Assembly (NCBI RefSeq): GCF_009734345.1
Contig: NZ_CP032551.1
Span: 180,001 to 212,000, forward strand
DNA from: Pseudidiomarina andamanensis
Lineage (GTDB): Bacteria > Pseudomonadota > Gammaproteobacteria > Enterobacterales > Alteromonadaceae
Reading direction: 5' to 3'
DNA length: 32,000 nt
Shown here in pieces: positions 19,855 through 27,715 of the stretch. The notes below the pieces were generated by a model. It ran no database searches. It was not told the origin of the DNA and was given only the letters and a program-made list of their open reading frames with translations. Within the stretch, counting starts at the first letter, position 1. The number at the start of each line of letters is the position of its first letter. The position numbers were made by a program, and so were the translations under genes.

Positions 19855-21009
19855 ATGTTAATAGTTCTTAGATCGATTAATTTGATAAACAACAGCCAAT
19901 CTTCTTCTGAAAAGAATGTTGCGTTATATAGAATTATTAATGCTGCGATCGAACAGAAACATGCGGTAATTATCGATGACGTTCCGGAATCTTATAATCC
20001 GAAGAATTTTGGAAGATTAGGGGACTTTGTTGTAGGTCAAATTATCAACATTAGGGATATATATAGCGAAAATGAAGCTATGAAAACTTTGGTAAACAAG
20101 TTTTTAATTGTAGATTTTTCGTTAGATCGATTGGCAATTAATTTAGACAGTTATGGAAATTTGATTGTCGGGTACACTAAGCTTGTTCAATCTAACTTCC
20201 TAGAAAGTAGCAATCTTATTCTTGAAGATTTAAATGATAAAGAGGTTTACTATTCTTTTGTCAATTATTATTGCTATCACAATCGGATAAATAATTTTAA
20301 TTTCAAACTCGATTTCAGAGCTGGTGGTGGTAGTAGTTGTCGACGTCACTTCGATGAATCGATAGATGATAATAGACTGACGATTTGTATAGTTGATAGC
20401 GACAGAAGGCATCCTAATGGGCCATTGGGAAGTACAGCGCAACTATTTAGTAACGTTTTTGATAGAGAACAAGACTTTTGGTATCTCGAGATTCTTCCTC
20501 ATCACGAAGCCGAGAACATTATTCCGATTAGTGTATATAAAAAGGGATATCTCTTGTTGAAAGAGAGAAAGCGAGCACAGCTTCTTGAGTCAATTAAGAG
20601 CGTGTTATATGGCAGCACCGGCTCTGTCCGTTATTTTGATTTTAAGAAAGGTTTGACTGCATACCAATACGGGTTCTTGGAAAGTACCTATGGAGCCTAC
20701 TGGGAACATGTTATAAATGGTTTAGATATCAACGAGTCATGTTTGGGGTGTATAAGAAATGTTTCATCTTTTACTAGGATAAAAAAAGGCTGCTACCATT
20801 GTCCGAATAATACTAATTGCGTATTTATCCAAAGTATTTGCTGCGATGCAGCAACCACCCTTCAGGTAATCAAAAAAAAGCAGGTTGATTTGAATCGATT
20901 ATTTAATAGCGCTATGAGTGAAGCCCCCGCTCAGGTTGATGAGATTCTTAGAATTGGAAAGGTTCTATTTTCGTGGGGCTATGCGTCAAACTTTCAGTCT
21001 GCTTCCTAA
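19855..21009 (+). CDS. Toprim/DUF4435-like putative nuclease with a C-terminal Cys4 zinc-ribbon-like cluster; AriB-like effector candidate
   Basis: A 395-aa track ORF runs from TTG 19822. I prefer ATG 19855, 5 nt after the ATPase stop, but 19822 with a 28-nt overlap cannot be excluded. Three acidic motifs occur in Toprim-like order: IIDDVPE (19969-19989), CIVDSDRRHP with DSD at 20395-20403, and HHEAEN with EAEN at 20506-20517. A CxxC-x13-CxxC cluster is at 20740-20802. The domain assignment is by motif recognition only and is not HMM-verified. Confidence 0.6.
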   Translation: MLIVLRSINLINNSQSSSEKNVALYRIINAAIEQKHAVIIDDVPESYNPKNFGRLGDFVVGQIINIRDIYSENEAMKTLVNKFLIVDFSLDRLAINLDSYGNLIVGYTKLVQSNFLESSNLILEDLNDKEVYYSFVNYYCYHNRINNFNFKLDFRAGGGSSCRRHFDESIDDNRLTICIVDSDRRHPNGPLGSTAQLFSNVFDREQDFWYLEILPHHEAENIIPISVYKKGYLLLKERKRAQLLESIKSVLYGSTGSVRYFDFKKGLTAYQYGFLESTYGAYWEHVINGLDINESCLGCIRNVSSFTRIKKGCYHCPNNTNCVFIQSICCDAATTLQVIKKKQVDLNRLFNSAMSEAPAQVDEILRIGKVLFSWGYASNFQSAS

Positions 21010-21037
21010 AATCGATAACTTTGCAATCGTATGGTTA

Positions 21038-21205
21038 TCATTCGCTATTAGCTACATCTGCGATTAATTCGCTCCTTACTATAACAACCTGATTATCCGC
21101 CTCAAATCTCAATTTCACTTGTTTTCCTTCAATCTTAACGACGCAAATTCTAATTTTATTATCGATCACAATCTCTTCACCGATCTTTCTCGTTAATGTC
21201 AACAT
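21038..21205 (-). CDS. CsrA/RsmA-family RNA-binding protein paralog (55 aa), island-encoded
   Basis: Not in the ORF track because it is shorter than 60 aa. My hand translation gives 56 codons: MLTLTRKIGEEIVIDNKIRICVVKIEGKQVKLRFEADNQVVIVRSELIADVANSE*. A gap-free alignment to E. coli CsrA ([47 protein letters not shown]...) gives 16 identities in residues 1-47. These include the RNA-binding positions L2, L4, R6 and R44, with K7 in place of R7. GGAG lies 10 nt upstream of the ATG. Confidence 0.72.
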   Translation of the reverse strand: MLTLTRKIGEEIVIDNKIRICVVKIEGKQVKLRFEADNQVVIVRSELIADVANSE

Positions 21206-21317
21206 GTCCTTGATTCTCCGTTAAAATAAATATTGTAAAGGAAAGTCTAGGGCATATCGTAAAATTAAGACATCACTACGGAAGTTGTTGGTTATTGTCG
21301 TACATTGTAGTCAACTA

Positions 21318-22178
21318 TTAAAGCGGCGCATGCCAAGTATCACATGCCTGCAAGGTGTTCTGCATCAGCGTTGCTACGGTCATCGGGCCGACGCCGCCTG
21401 GCACTGGGGTAATGTATGAGGCGCGCTGCTCAGCAGTTTCAAACTCAATATCACCAACGAGTTTTCCAGAAGGCAAACGGTTAATACCCACATCAATCAC
21501 TACGGCGCCCGGTTTGACCCATTCGCCAGGAATGAAGTTTGGCTTGCCAACAGCAACGACAAGAACATCAGCACGTTGCACGTGCTCTTTTAAATCATTA
21601 GTAAAGCGGTGACAAACGGTTGTGGTGGCACCAGCCAGCAACAACTCTAGGCTCATTGGGCGGCCAACAATGTTGGAAGCGCCAACCACCACGGCGTTTT
21701 TGCCATGCAAGTCTAAGCCAATGGAATCGAGTAGAGTGATCACGCCGCGCGGGGTGCATGGGCGTAATGCCGGGTTACGTTGGGCTAAACGGCCCATGTT
21801 AAACGGGTGAAAGCCGTCAACGTCTTTGAATGGATTAATGCGCTCGAGAATGGCTTGTGCATCTAAGCCCTGCGGCAATGGCAGTTGCACCAAGATACCA
21901 TCAATTTCAGCATCGTTATTGAGTTGGTCGATTAAGGCTTCGAGTTCTGCTTGTGTGGTTGTGGCTGGCAAGTCGAATGCTTTAGACACAATGCCTACTT
22001 CTTTGCAGGCGTTGCGCTTACTGCCAACGTAAACTGCAGAGGCTGGGTCTTCACCCACCATGACGACGGCAAGGCCGGGGGCGCGAGCACCGGCAGCAAG
22101 GCGTTTGGCAACCCCTTGTTTTACTTCATCACGAACTTGTTGAGCTACTTGTTTACCATCAATACGTTGCGCAGTCAT
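21318..22178 (-). CDS. folD: Bifunctional 5,10-methylene-THF dehydrogenase / methenyl-THF cyclohydrolase
   Basis: [19 protein letters not shown] aligns with E. coli FolD MAAKIIDGKTIAQQVRSEV. I therefore prefer the ATG at the complement of 22176-22178, with AAGGTG upstream, over the GTG at 22190. The motifs [13 protein letters not shown] and [10 protein letters not shown] are present. Confidence 0.94.
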   Translation of the reverse strand: MTAQRIDGKQVAQQVRDEVKQGVAKRLAAGARAPGLAVVMVGEDPASAVYVGSKRNACKEVGIVSKAFDLPATTTQAELEALIDQLNNDAEIDGILVQLPLPQGLDAQAILERINPFKDVDGFHPFNMGRLAQRNPALRPCTPRGVITLLDSIGLDLHGKNAVVVGASNIVGRPMSLELLLAGATTTVCHRFTNDLKEHVQRADVLVVAVGKPNFIPGEWVKPGAVVIDVGINRLPSGKLVGDIEFETAEQRASYITPVPGGVGPMTVATLMQNTLQACDTWHAPL

Positions 22179-22355
22179 TGCTGTGAACACCTTATTCGGT
22201 TAAATGCTGATGTGTCGAGTTCATGGGCTGCTATTTTCGCATGTTTTTTGCTAAGGTTGTAGCGTCGATTAAACGGGTACTGAAATACGGAATGAATAAA
22301 TTTCAGTCAGCCTGTTGGTATTTTCAGCAGTCGGACATTTTGGGCAAAAAAATGT

Positions 22356-22384
22356 TTGACGCGTTACGGCCCAACAGGTAATAT
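22356..22384 (+). promoter_or_regulatory. Sigma70 promoter of the tRNA operon (TTGACG-17 nt-TAATAT) with an A-tract upstream and a GC-rich discriminator
   Basis: ttgacg is at 22356-22361 and taatat at 22379-22384, with a 17-nt spacer. It is preceded by gggcaaaaaaatg and followed by tcgccccc. This is the architecture typical of stringently controlled stable-RNA promoters. It lies about 60 nt upstream of the first tRNA. Confidence 0.55.
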
Positions 22385-22443
22385 TCGCCCCCGTTGTCAG
22401 GCCGCGTCCTGCACGGGATTTTAAAGACTTATAAGAAGTATGT

Positions 22444-22520
22444 CGGCGAGTAGCGCAGCTTGGTAGCGCACTTGTTTTGGGTACAAGGGGTCGCTGGTTC
22501 GAATCCAGTCTCGCCGACCA
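22444..22520 (+). tRNA. tRNA-Pro (anticodon UGG)
   Basis: I hand-folded a 77-nt cloverleaf. The acceptor is CGGCGAG/CTCGCCG and the anticodon arm is CTTGT-TTTGGGT-ACAAG. The T-loop is TTCGAAT and CCA is encoded. It is close to E. coli proM. Confidence 0.92.
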
Positions 22521-22538
22521 TTTCTTAAAGTGCGAAAT

Positions 22539-22615
<77 letters not shown>

Positions 22616-22642
22616 TTAAAGCCCTGGCACAACATATGAAGT

Positions 22643-22719
22643 GGTGGCTGTAGCTCAGTTGGTAGAGCCCCGGATTGTGATTCCGGTTGTCGTGGGTTCA
22701 AGTCCCATCAGCCACCCCA
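22643..22719 (+). tRNA. tRNA-His (anticodon GUG) with the encoded extra 5' G(-1)
   Basis: 77 nt. The sequence GGTGGCTGTAGCTCAGTTGGTAGAGCCCCGGATTGTGATTCCGG... is nearly identical to E. coli hisR. CCA is encoded. Confidence 0.92.
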
Positions 22720-22757
22720 TTTCTCTGCTTTTCAGCATTATCTCAAAAATTTGAAGT

Positions 22758-22834
22758 CGGCGAGTAGCGCAGCTTGGTAGCGCACTTGTTTTGGGTACAA
22801 GGGGTCGCTGGTTCGAATCCAGTCTCGCCGACCA
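22758..22834 (+). tRNA. tRNA-Pro (anticodon UGG), second identical copy
   Basis: It is base-for-base identical to 22444-22520. The identity extends 2 nt on each side (22442-22522 = 22756-22836). Confidence 0.92.
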
Positions 22835-22955
22835 TTCTCATGATTCATTCCAACATTGATTCCCTCTTAGCATAGATTTTTCTCGAAAGTTGCGTATAAT
22901 TTCGGCATCTGTTTAAAATTTGCTACAAGCTATAACAACTATAAGAGCTTATTTC

Positions 22956-24095
22956 ATGCTAGAGAACATGCCAAAACAGCATGCTAACCATGCATCTTCA
23001 ACAGAGGAAGGCTTTGGCTTGATGATTTCGGTCATCAGCATGCAACTCATCAATTCTACGCCTGATCAAAGCCAAACCCACATTGAGCATGCTCTCGCGT
23101 TATTGGGGCGCGGAGGCAGCAAAGATCGCTGCTATGTGTTTGAATTTTCAAAAAATCACTCAAAAATGTCGAATACCTACGAGTGGACAAACGACGGTAT
23201 ACAAGCGCATAAACCCGATTTGCAAGATATTCCCGCTGAAATGATGCCGTACTTCTTTGAGCGTATGCTCGAAGACGGACAGATTTTGGTTGATGATGCA
23301 AAAATGTTACCAGAGAGTGCGGGTGGCTTCCGTGACGAGTTATTGCGCGAAAATATTCGCTCGATGATGGCCGTTGGCATGTACATGGAAGGCAAGCTGG
23401 TTGGTTTTGTCGGGTGTGATTTGGTGAATCGCCAGACCCAATGGGTAGAACGCGATATTCGGCAGATGCGTCTCGTCGCCGACATGATCGCCAATACTAT
23501 TGCTCGTCACAAAACCGAAGAACAGTTACGTGCGACAGAAGCACAGCTTTTAGAAGCCAACGCGAAGCTTGCGCAATTGGCGCGCCAAGATAGCTTGACT
23601 GGGTTGGTGAATCGTCGCGGTTTAGATGAATGCCTTGAACATGAATTACGCCGGGCTATTCGAGCGCAGCACCCGTTAACGTTGCTCATGGTTGATGTCG
23701 ATTTCTTTAAGCGTCTTAACGATGAGCACGGTCACCTGCATGGCGACGAGGTATTAAAGGCTGTGGCGGATATCTTACAAAGTCATTTCAAACGCACCGG
23801 TGAATATGTCGCCCGCTTTGGTGGTGACGAATTTATGGTGGTTTGTCCTCAGTCAGAAGTTGACGAGTTAACCGTACAAGCGAAAAAAGTTCTCGCTCGG
23901 GTTAGGTTGTTAGAGAAACGGTTAGGGAGTCCTGTCACCGTGAGTATTGGAGTTCATTCTGATATTCCATCGGCAACGACAACCACCGATGATTTAATGC
24001 GAGAGGTTGATGTTGCGGTATATTTCGCTAAGCAATGTGGCCGTAATCGTATTGAAGTAAATCCAAAGGCACAGAGTAAGTTAGCAACAAGCTAA
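22956..24095 (+). CDS. GAF-domain sensor diguanylate cyclase (GGDEF)
   Basis: The C-terminal GGDEF domain has an intact RFGGDEF (GGDEF at 23820-23834). It is preceded by a coiled-coil linker and SLTGLVNRRG. The N-terminal ~170 aa look GAF-like (YVFEF...YEWTNDG...GKLVGFVGCD). The track ORF starts at TTG 22920. ATG 22956 or 22968 is more plausible. Confidence 0.85.
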   Translation: MLENMPKQHANHASSTEEGFGLMISVISMQLINSTPDQSQTHIEHALALLGRGGSKDRCYVFEFSKNHSKMSNTYEWTNDGIQAHKPDLQDIPAEMMPYFFERMLEDGQILVDDAKMLPESAGGFRDELLRENIRSMMAVGMYMEGKLVGFVGCDLVNRQTQWVERDIRQMRLVADMIANTIARHKTEEQLRATEAQLLEANAKLAQLARQDSLTGLVNRRGLDECLEHELRRAIRAQHPLTLLMVDVDFFKRLNDEHGHLHGDEVLKAVADILQSHFKRTGEYVARFGGDEFMVVCPQSEVDELTVQAKKVLARVRLLEKRLGSPVTVSIGVHSDIPSATTTTDDLMREVDVAVYFAKQCGRNRIEVNPKAQSKLATS

Positions 24096-24161
24096 TACTG
24101 CGCCATCACCGCGCTACGCGCACAATCACAGCGCAATCGCCGCAAAAATGTCCGTTCCTAC

Positions 24162-24190
24162 TCGACGTAGGCCCATGGCTTCGCTATAAT
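24162..24190 (+). promoter_or_regulatory. Candidate sigma70 promoter for tig (TCGACG-17 nt-TATAAT)
   Basis: A perfect TATAAT is at 24185-24190. The -35 at 24162-24167 matches 4 of 6 positions. It lies about 70 nt upstream of the tig ATG. Confidence 0.4.
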
Positions 24191-24259
24191 GCGGCGTCAT
24201 TTTGAAGGGCCCCGCTGGTAGTGGGCTCAGGCCAATAGTGAAGCCGAGGTAACAAAGCA

Positions 24260-25558
24260 ATGCAGGTTTCTGTAGAGACAACCCAAGGATTAGAGCGTCG
24301 CGCCACGATCACCGTGCCAGCTGACGTTATCGAAAACGAAGTCAAGCGTCTGTTAAAAGACGAGTACCGTAACCGTCGTATCAACGGTTTCCGTAAAGGC
24401 AAAGTTCCACCAAATGTTTTGCAGAAATTATTTGGTAAAGAAGCGCGTGCACGTGCTGCTTCAAACCTTATGCAAAGCAAATACTTCGAAGCAATGATGC
24501 AGGAAAAAATCAACCCAGTGGGTATGCCTGCCATTGAGCCAAAAGTAAACGAAGAAGGTCAAGATCTTCAATTCGTAGCTACTTTCGAAGTTTACCCAGA
24601 AGTTAAAGTTGCTGCTTTAGACAAGTTAGCTGTTGAAAAGCCAGACGTTGAAGTGACTGACAAAGACGTCGACACCATGCTTGATACATTGCGCAAGCAA
24701 CACGCTAGCTGGAAAGAAATTAAGCGTAAGTCGAAGAAAGGTGAGCGTATCACTATCGATTTCACTGGCTCTGTAGACGGTGAAGAATTCGAAGGTGGTA
24801 AAGCGACTGATTTTGCACTTGAGCTTGGCGAAGGTCGTATGATTCCTGGTTTCGAAGACCAAATTATTGGTATGAAAACTGGCGAAGAAAAAACAATTAC
24901 CGTGACTTTCCCGGAAGATTACCACGCTGAAAACCTGAAAGGTAAAGAAGCGCAGTTCGTGATTGTGGCGAAGAAAGTTGAAGAGCGTGACTTACCAGAA
25001 CTAACTGACGAGTTCGTTTCTTTGTTCGGTATTAAAGACGGCGGCGTTGATGCGTTGAAAGCTGAAGTTCGTAAGAATATGGAACGTGAGCTGAAAAACG
25101 CTGTGCAAAGCAAAGTGAAAGAGCAAGTTTTGAAAGGCTTGGTTGAGCACAACGACGTTGACTTACCAAAAGCGATGGTTGACCAAGAAATTGATGTGTT
25201 GCGTCGTCAAGCAATGCAACGTTTCGGTGGTAACCAAGCACAGTTGCCGCAACTTCCAGCTGATTTGTTTGAAGAACAAGCGAAAGAGCGCGTGAAAGTT
25301 GGTTTGTTACTGGGCGAAGTGATTCGTGGTAACGAGTTGAAAGTTGACGAGAAAAAAGTTGACGAGATCATCGAGAACAACGCTTCTGCGTACGAAGATC
25401 CAGCTGAAGTTATCGCTTACTACAAAGGTAACGAAGAAATGATGCAGCAAATTCGCAATGTTGCATTAGAAGAACAAGCAATTGAGTTCATTCTTTCTCA
25501 AGCAAAAGTTAAAGCAAAGAAAACCAGCTTTGACGAGTTGATGAACCCGAAAAAATAA
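24260..25558 (+). CDS. tig: Trigger factor
   Basis: 432 aa. The N-terminus is [22 protein letters not shown]. The ribosome-binding signature GFRKGKVP and the FKBP-type PPIase block [15 protein letters not shown] are present. Confidence 0.97.
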   Translation: MQVSVETTQGLERRATITVPADVIENEVKRLLKDEYRNRRINGFRKGKVPPNVLQKLFGKEARARAASNLMQSKYFEAMMQEKINPVGMPAIEPKVNEEGQDLQFVATFEVYPEVKVAALDKLAVEKPDVEVTDKDVDTMLDTLRKQHASWKEIKRKSKKGERITIDFTGSVDGEEFEGGKATDFALELGEGRMIPGFEDQIIGMKTGEEKTITVTFPEDYHAENLKGKEAQFVIVAKKVEERDLPELTDEFVSLFGIKDGGVDALKAEVRKNMERELKNAVQSKVKEQVLKGLVEHNDVDLPKAMVDQEIDVLRRQAMQRFGGNQAQLPQLPADLFEEQAKERVKVGLLLGEVIRGNELKVDEKKVDEIIENNASAYEDPAEVIAYYKGNEEMMQQIRNVALEEQAIEFILSQAKVKAKKTSFDELMNPKK

Positions 25559-25613
25559 AAGAGTTGCGAATACCGTCACAACAACGTTGACGGCATCGAC
25601 TACAACTTGGTTT

Positions 25614-25650
25614 AATGGCTCGTATAAACTTATACGAGCCATTTTTATTT
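25614..25650 (+). terminator. Rho-independent terminator/attenuator between tig and clpP
   Basis: The sequence is aatggctcgtata-aact-tatacgagccatt followed by tttttattt. The clpP RBS (caggag) follows immediately. Confidence 0.7.
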
Positions 25651-25665
25651 CAGGAGTCGTAAATT

Positions 25666-26283
25666 ATGTCGGATATGGCGCTAGACCCAATGGCACAATT
25701 GGTGCCGATGGTAGTGGAACAGACAGCAAAAGGAGAGCGCTCGTACGATATCTACTCGCGCTTATTGAAAGAGCGCGTAATTTTCTGTTGTGGTCAGGTT
25801 GAAGATCACATGGCCAACTTAATTGTGGCGCAGTTGCTATTCTTAGAATCAGATAACCCAGATAAAGATATCTACTTGTACATCAATTCACCGGGCGGTG
25901 CTGTTACTGCGGGTATGGCGATTTACGATACCATGCGCTTCATTAAGCCAGACGTGAGCACTGTATGTATGGGGCAAGCGGCGAGCATGGGAGCATTTTT
26001 GCTTGCTGGCGGTGCGAAAGGTAAGCGTTTCTGTTTGCCAAACTCACGCGTGATGATTCACCAGCCGTTAGGTGGCTTCCAAGGCCAAGCATCTGATTTT
26101 GAAATTCATGCGCGTCAGATTTTAGATATTAAAGATAAACTGAATCGCATGTTGGCAGAGAACACCGGCAAAGATTTAGAACAAGTCGCAAAAGACACTG
26201 ATCGTGATTACTTTATGTCTGCTGAAGAAGCAGTGAACTATGGCTTGGTAGATAAAGTATTGACGCAACGAGGCGGAGAATAG
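25666..26283 (+). CDS. clpP: ATP-dependent Clp protease proteolytic subunit
   Basis: 205 aa. The block [17 protein letters not shown] is present. The catalytic Ser is in [11 protein letters not shown] and the catalytic His in MIHQPLGG. Confidence 0.97.
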   Translation: MSDMALDPMAQLVPMVVEQTAKGERSYDIYSRLLKERVIFCCGQVEDHMANLIVAQLLFLESDNPDKDIYLYINSPGGAVTAGMAIYDTMRFIKPDVSTVCMGQAASMGAFLLAGGAKGKRFCLPNSRVMIHQPLGGFQGQASDFEIHARQILDIKDKLNRMLAENTGKDLEQVAKDTDRDYFMSAEEAVNYGLVDKVLTQRGGE

Positions 26284-26284
26284 A

Positions 26285-27571
26285 ATGACCGATAAAACTG
26301 AAGGTAATGGCGAAAAGCCGTTGTTTTGTACCTTCTGCGGAAAAAGTCAGCACGAGGTTCGCAAGCTAATTGCAGGGCCTTCGGTATTTATTTGTGATGA
26401 ATGTGTGGATTTGTGTAACGATATTTTGGAAGAAGAGATTCAGAATATTGCGCCGCAAGAAGAGCAAAAGAAACTACCAACACCACACGAAATTCGTGCC
26501 CATCTTGATGAATATGTTATTGGTCAAGAAATGGCGAAAAAGGTGTTGGCTGTAGCTGTTTATAACCACTACAAGCGCTTGGCCAACAACGAAACCAAGA
26601 GTAAAGACGAAGAGCTGGTTGAGCTGGGCAAAAGTAATATTTTGCTTATTGGCCCAACTGGTAGTGGTAAGACGTACTTAGCAGAAACGCTAGCGCGCTT
26701 TTTGGATGTGCCGTTCACCATGGCTGATGCCACCACGCTGACCGAAGCTGGTTATGTGGGTGAAGACGTTGAGAACATTATCCAGAAGCTGTTGCAGAAG
26801 TGTGACTACGACGTTGAGAAGGCGCAACGTGGTATTGTTTACATTGACGAAATTGACAAAATTTCGCGCAAATCGGATAACCCATCAATCACGCGAGACG
26901 TTTCGGGCGAGGGCGTTCAACAGGCTTTATTGAAGCTTATTGAAGGAACTGTAGCGGCAGTGCCGCCGCAAGGTGGACGTAAGCATCCACAACAAGAATT
27001 TCTGCAGGTAGATACCTCGAAAATTCTATTTATTGCTGGTGGTGCGTTCGCTGGTCTCGACAAGGTTATTGAGCAACGGGTTAGCGTTGGCAGTGGCATT
27101 GGCTTTGGTGCTGAAGTGAAGAGCAAACAACCCAAAGCTGAAGGCGTGACGTTAACGCAAGTTGAGCCAGAAGATTTGGTGAAATACGGTTTGATTCCAG
27201 AGTTCATTGGTCGTTTACCTGTACTGGCAACGTTGACCGAGTTGGATGAAGACGCGTTGGTGCAAATCTTACGCGAACCGAAGAATGCACTCACCAAGCA
27301 ATATGGCGCGTTATTCAAGATGGAAGATGTTGAGCTTGAATTCCGCGAAGATGCATTGCGAGCCATTTCTCGTAAAGCCATGGCGCGCAAAACCGGTGCT
27401 CGAGGATTACGCTCAATTGTCGAAGCCGTGTTGCTAGATACGATGTACGACTTACCAACATTGGAAAATGTGAGTAAGGTCGTGATTGATGAATCTGTCA
27501 TCAAAGGTGAGTCATCACCAATTTTAATTTATGCGAATCAACAGGATGAAAAGCACGCATCAGGTGAATAA
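26285..27571 (+). CDS. clpX: ATP-dependent Clp protease ATP-binding subunit ClpX
   Basis: The N-terminal zinc-binding domain is [11 protein letters not shown]...CDECVDLC. Walker A is GPTGSGKT and Walker B is IVYIDEIDK. The start is 1 nt after the clpP stop. Confidence 0.97.
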   Translation: MTDKTEGNGEKPLFCTFCGKSQHEVRKLIAGPSVFICDECVDLCNDILEEEIQNIAPQEEQKKLPTPHEIRAHLDEYVIGQEMAKKVLAVAVYNHYKRLANNETKSKDEELVELGKSNILLIGPTGSGKTYLAETLARFLDVPFTMADATTLTEAGYVGEDVENIIQKLLQKCDYDVEKAQRGIVYIDEIDKISRKSDNPSITRDVSGEGVQQALLKLIEGTVAAVPPQGGRKHPQQEFLQVDTSKILFIAGGAFAGLDKVIEQRVSVGSGIGFGAEVKSKQPKAEGVTLTQVEPEDLVKYGLIPEFIGRLPVLATLTELDEDALVQILREPKNALTKQYGALFKMEDVELEFREDALRAISRKAMARKTGARGLRSIVEAVLLDTMYDLPTLENVSKVVIDESVIKGESSPILIYANQQDEKHASGE

Positions 27572-27598
27572 CTTGCTTGTTTAGCATGAATTTTGTGC

Positions 27599-27626
27599 AA
27601 AAAGGGCCAATTAGGCCCTTTTTTTG
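27599..27626 (+). terminator. Rho-independent terminator after clpX
   Basis: The sequence is aaaaa-gggcc-aatta-ggccc-ttttttt. The stem is short and GC-rich with a 7-T run. It starts 28 nt after the clpX stop. Confidence 0.65.
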
Positions 27627-27634
27627 TGCAAAAC

Positions 27635-27662
27635 ATTGAACTTTCGCTGGAGCGCCACATAT
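27635..27662 (+). promoter_or_regulatory. Candidate sigma32 (heat-shock) promoter for lon
   Basis: aTTGAA (27635-27640), a 14-nt spacer, then CCACATAT (27655-27662). The sigma32 consensus is CTTGAA-13/15-CCCCATnT. The position upstream of lon is analogous to the E. coli lon heat-shock promoter. Confidence 0.45.
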
Positions 27663-27715
27663 TAAGAGGTAAGATAGAGTGACAACTGTCACGAACCGGT
27701 TACTTGGAGAAGTTT

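Larger units (their letters stand above)
18276..21317. other. AT-rich accessory island (three genes) between topA and folD
   Basis: My hand counts give 13 G+C of 60 for 18841-18900 and 15 of 60 for 20221-20280. Flanking genes give 34 of 60 for 17941-18000 (topA) and 37 of 60 for 21361-21420 (folD). The three genes have no housekeeping counterparts. No integrase, transposase or flanking direct repeat was seen. Confidence 0.75.

Noticed and set aside
19855-21009. Septu-like interpretation (ATPase PtuA + HNH nuclease PtuB) because of the CxxC pairs
   Set aside because: No DH...N...H beta-beta-alpha-metal core accompanies the CxxC pairs. The DSD and EAEN acidic motifs fit a Toprim-type site better.
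18276-21317. Calling the island a mobile element (IS, integron cassette, prophage remnant or ICE)
   Set aside because: No transposase, integrase, recombinase, terminal inverted repeats, attC-like site or flanking direct repeats were visible by eye. Only the compositional shift supports horizontal origin, so I labelled it 'other' rather than mobile_element.
22279-22307. 8-bp inverted repeat actgaaat-(13 nt)-atttcagt in the folD / tRNA-operon intergenic region
   Set aside because: There is no T-run, so it is not a terminator. The loop is large and there is no second copy or known motif. It could be a regulator site for folD, but I cannot support any specific call.
26917-27504. 195-aa ORF antisense to clpX
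   Set aside because: It lies entirely inside the unambiguous clpX frame. The translation is S/N/A/C-rich with no recognisable motif. It is a typical shadow ORF.
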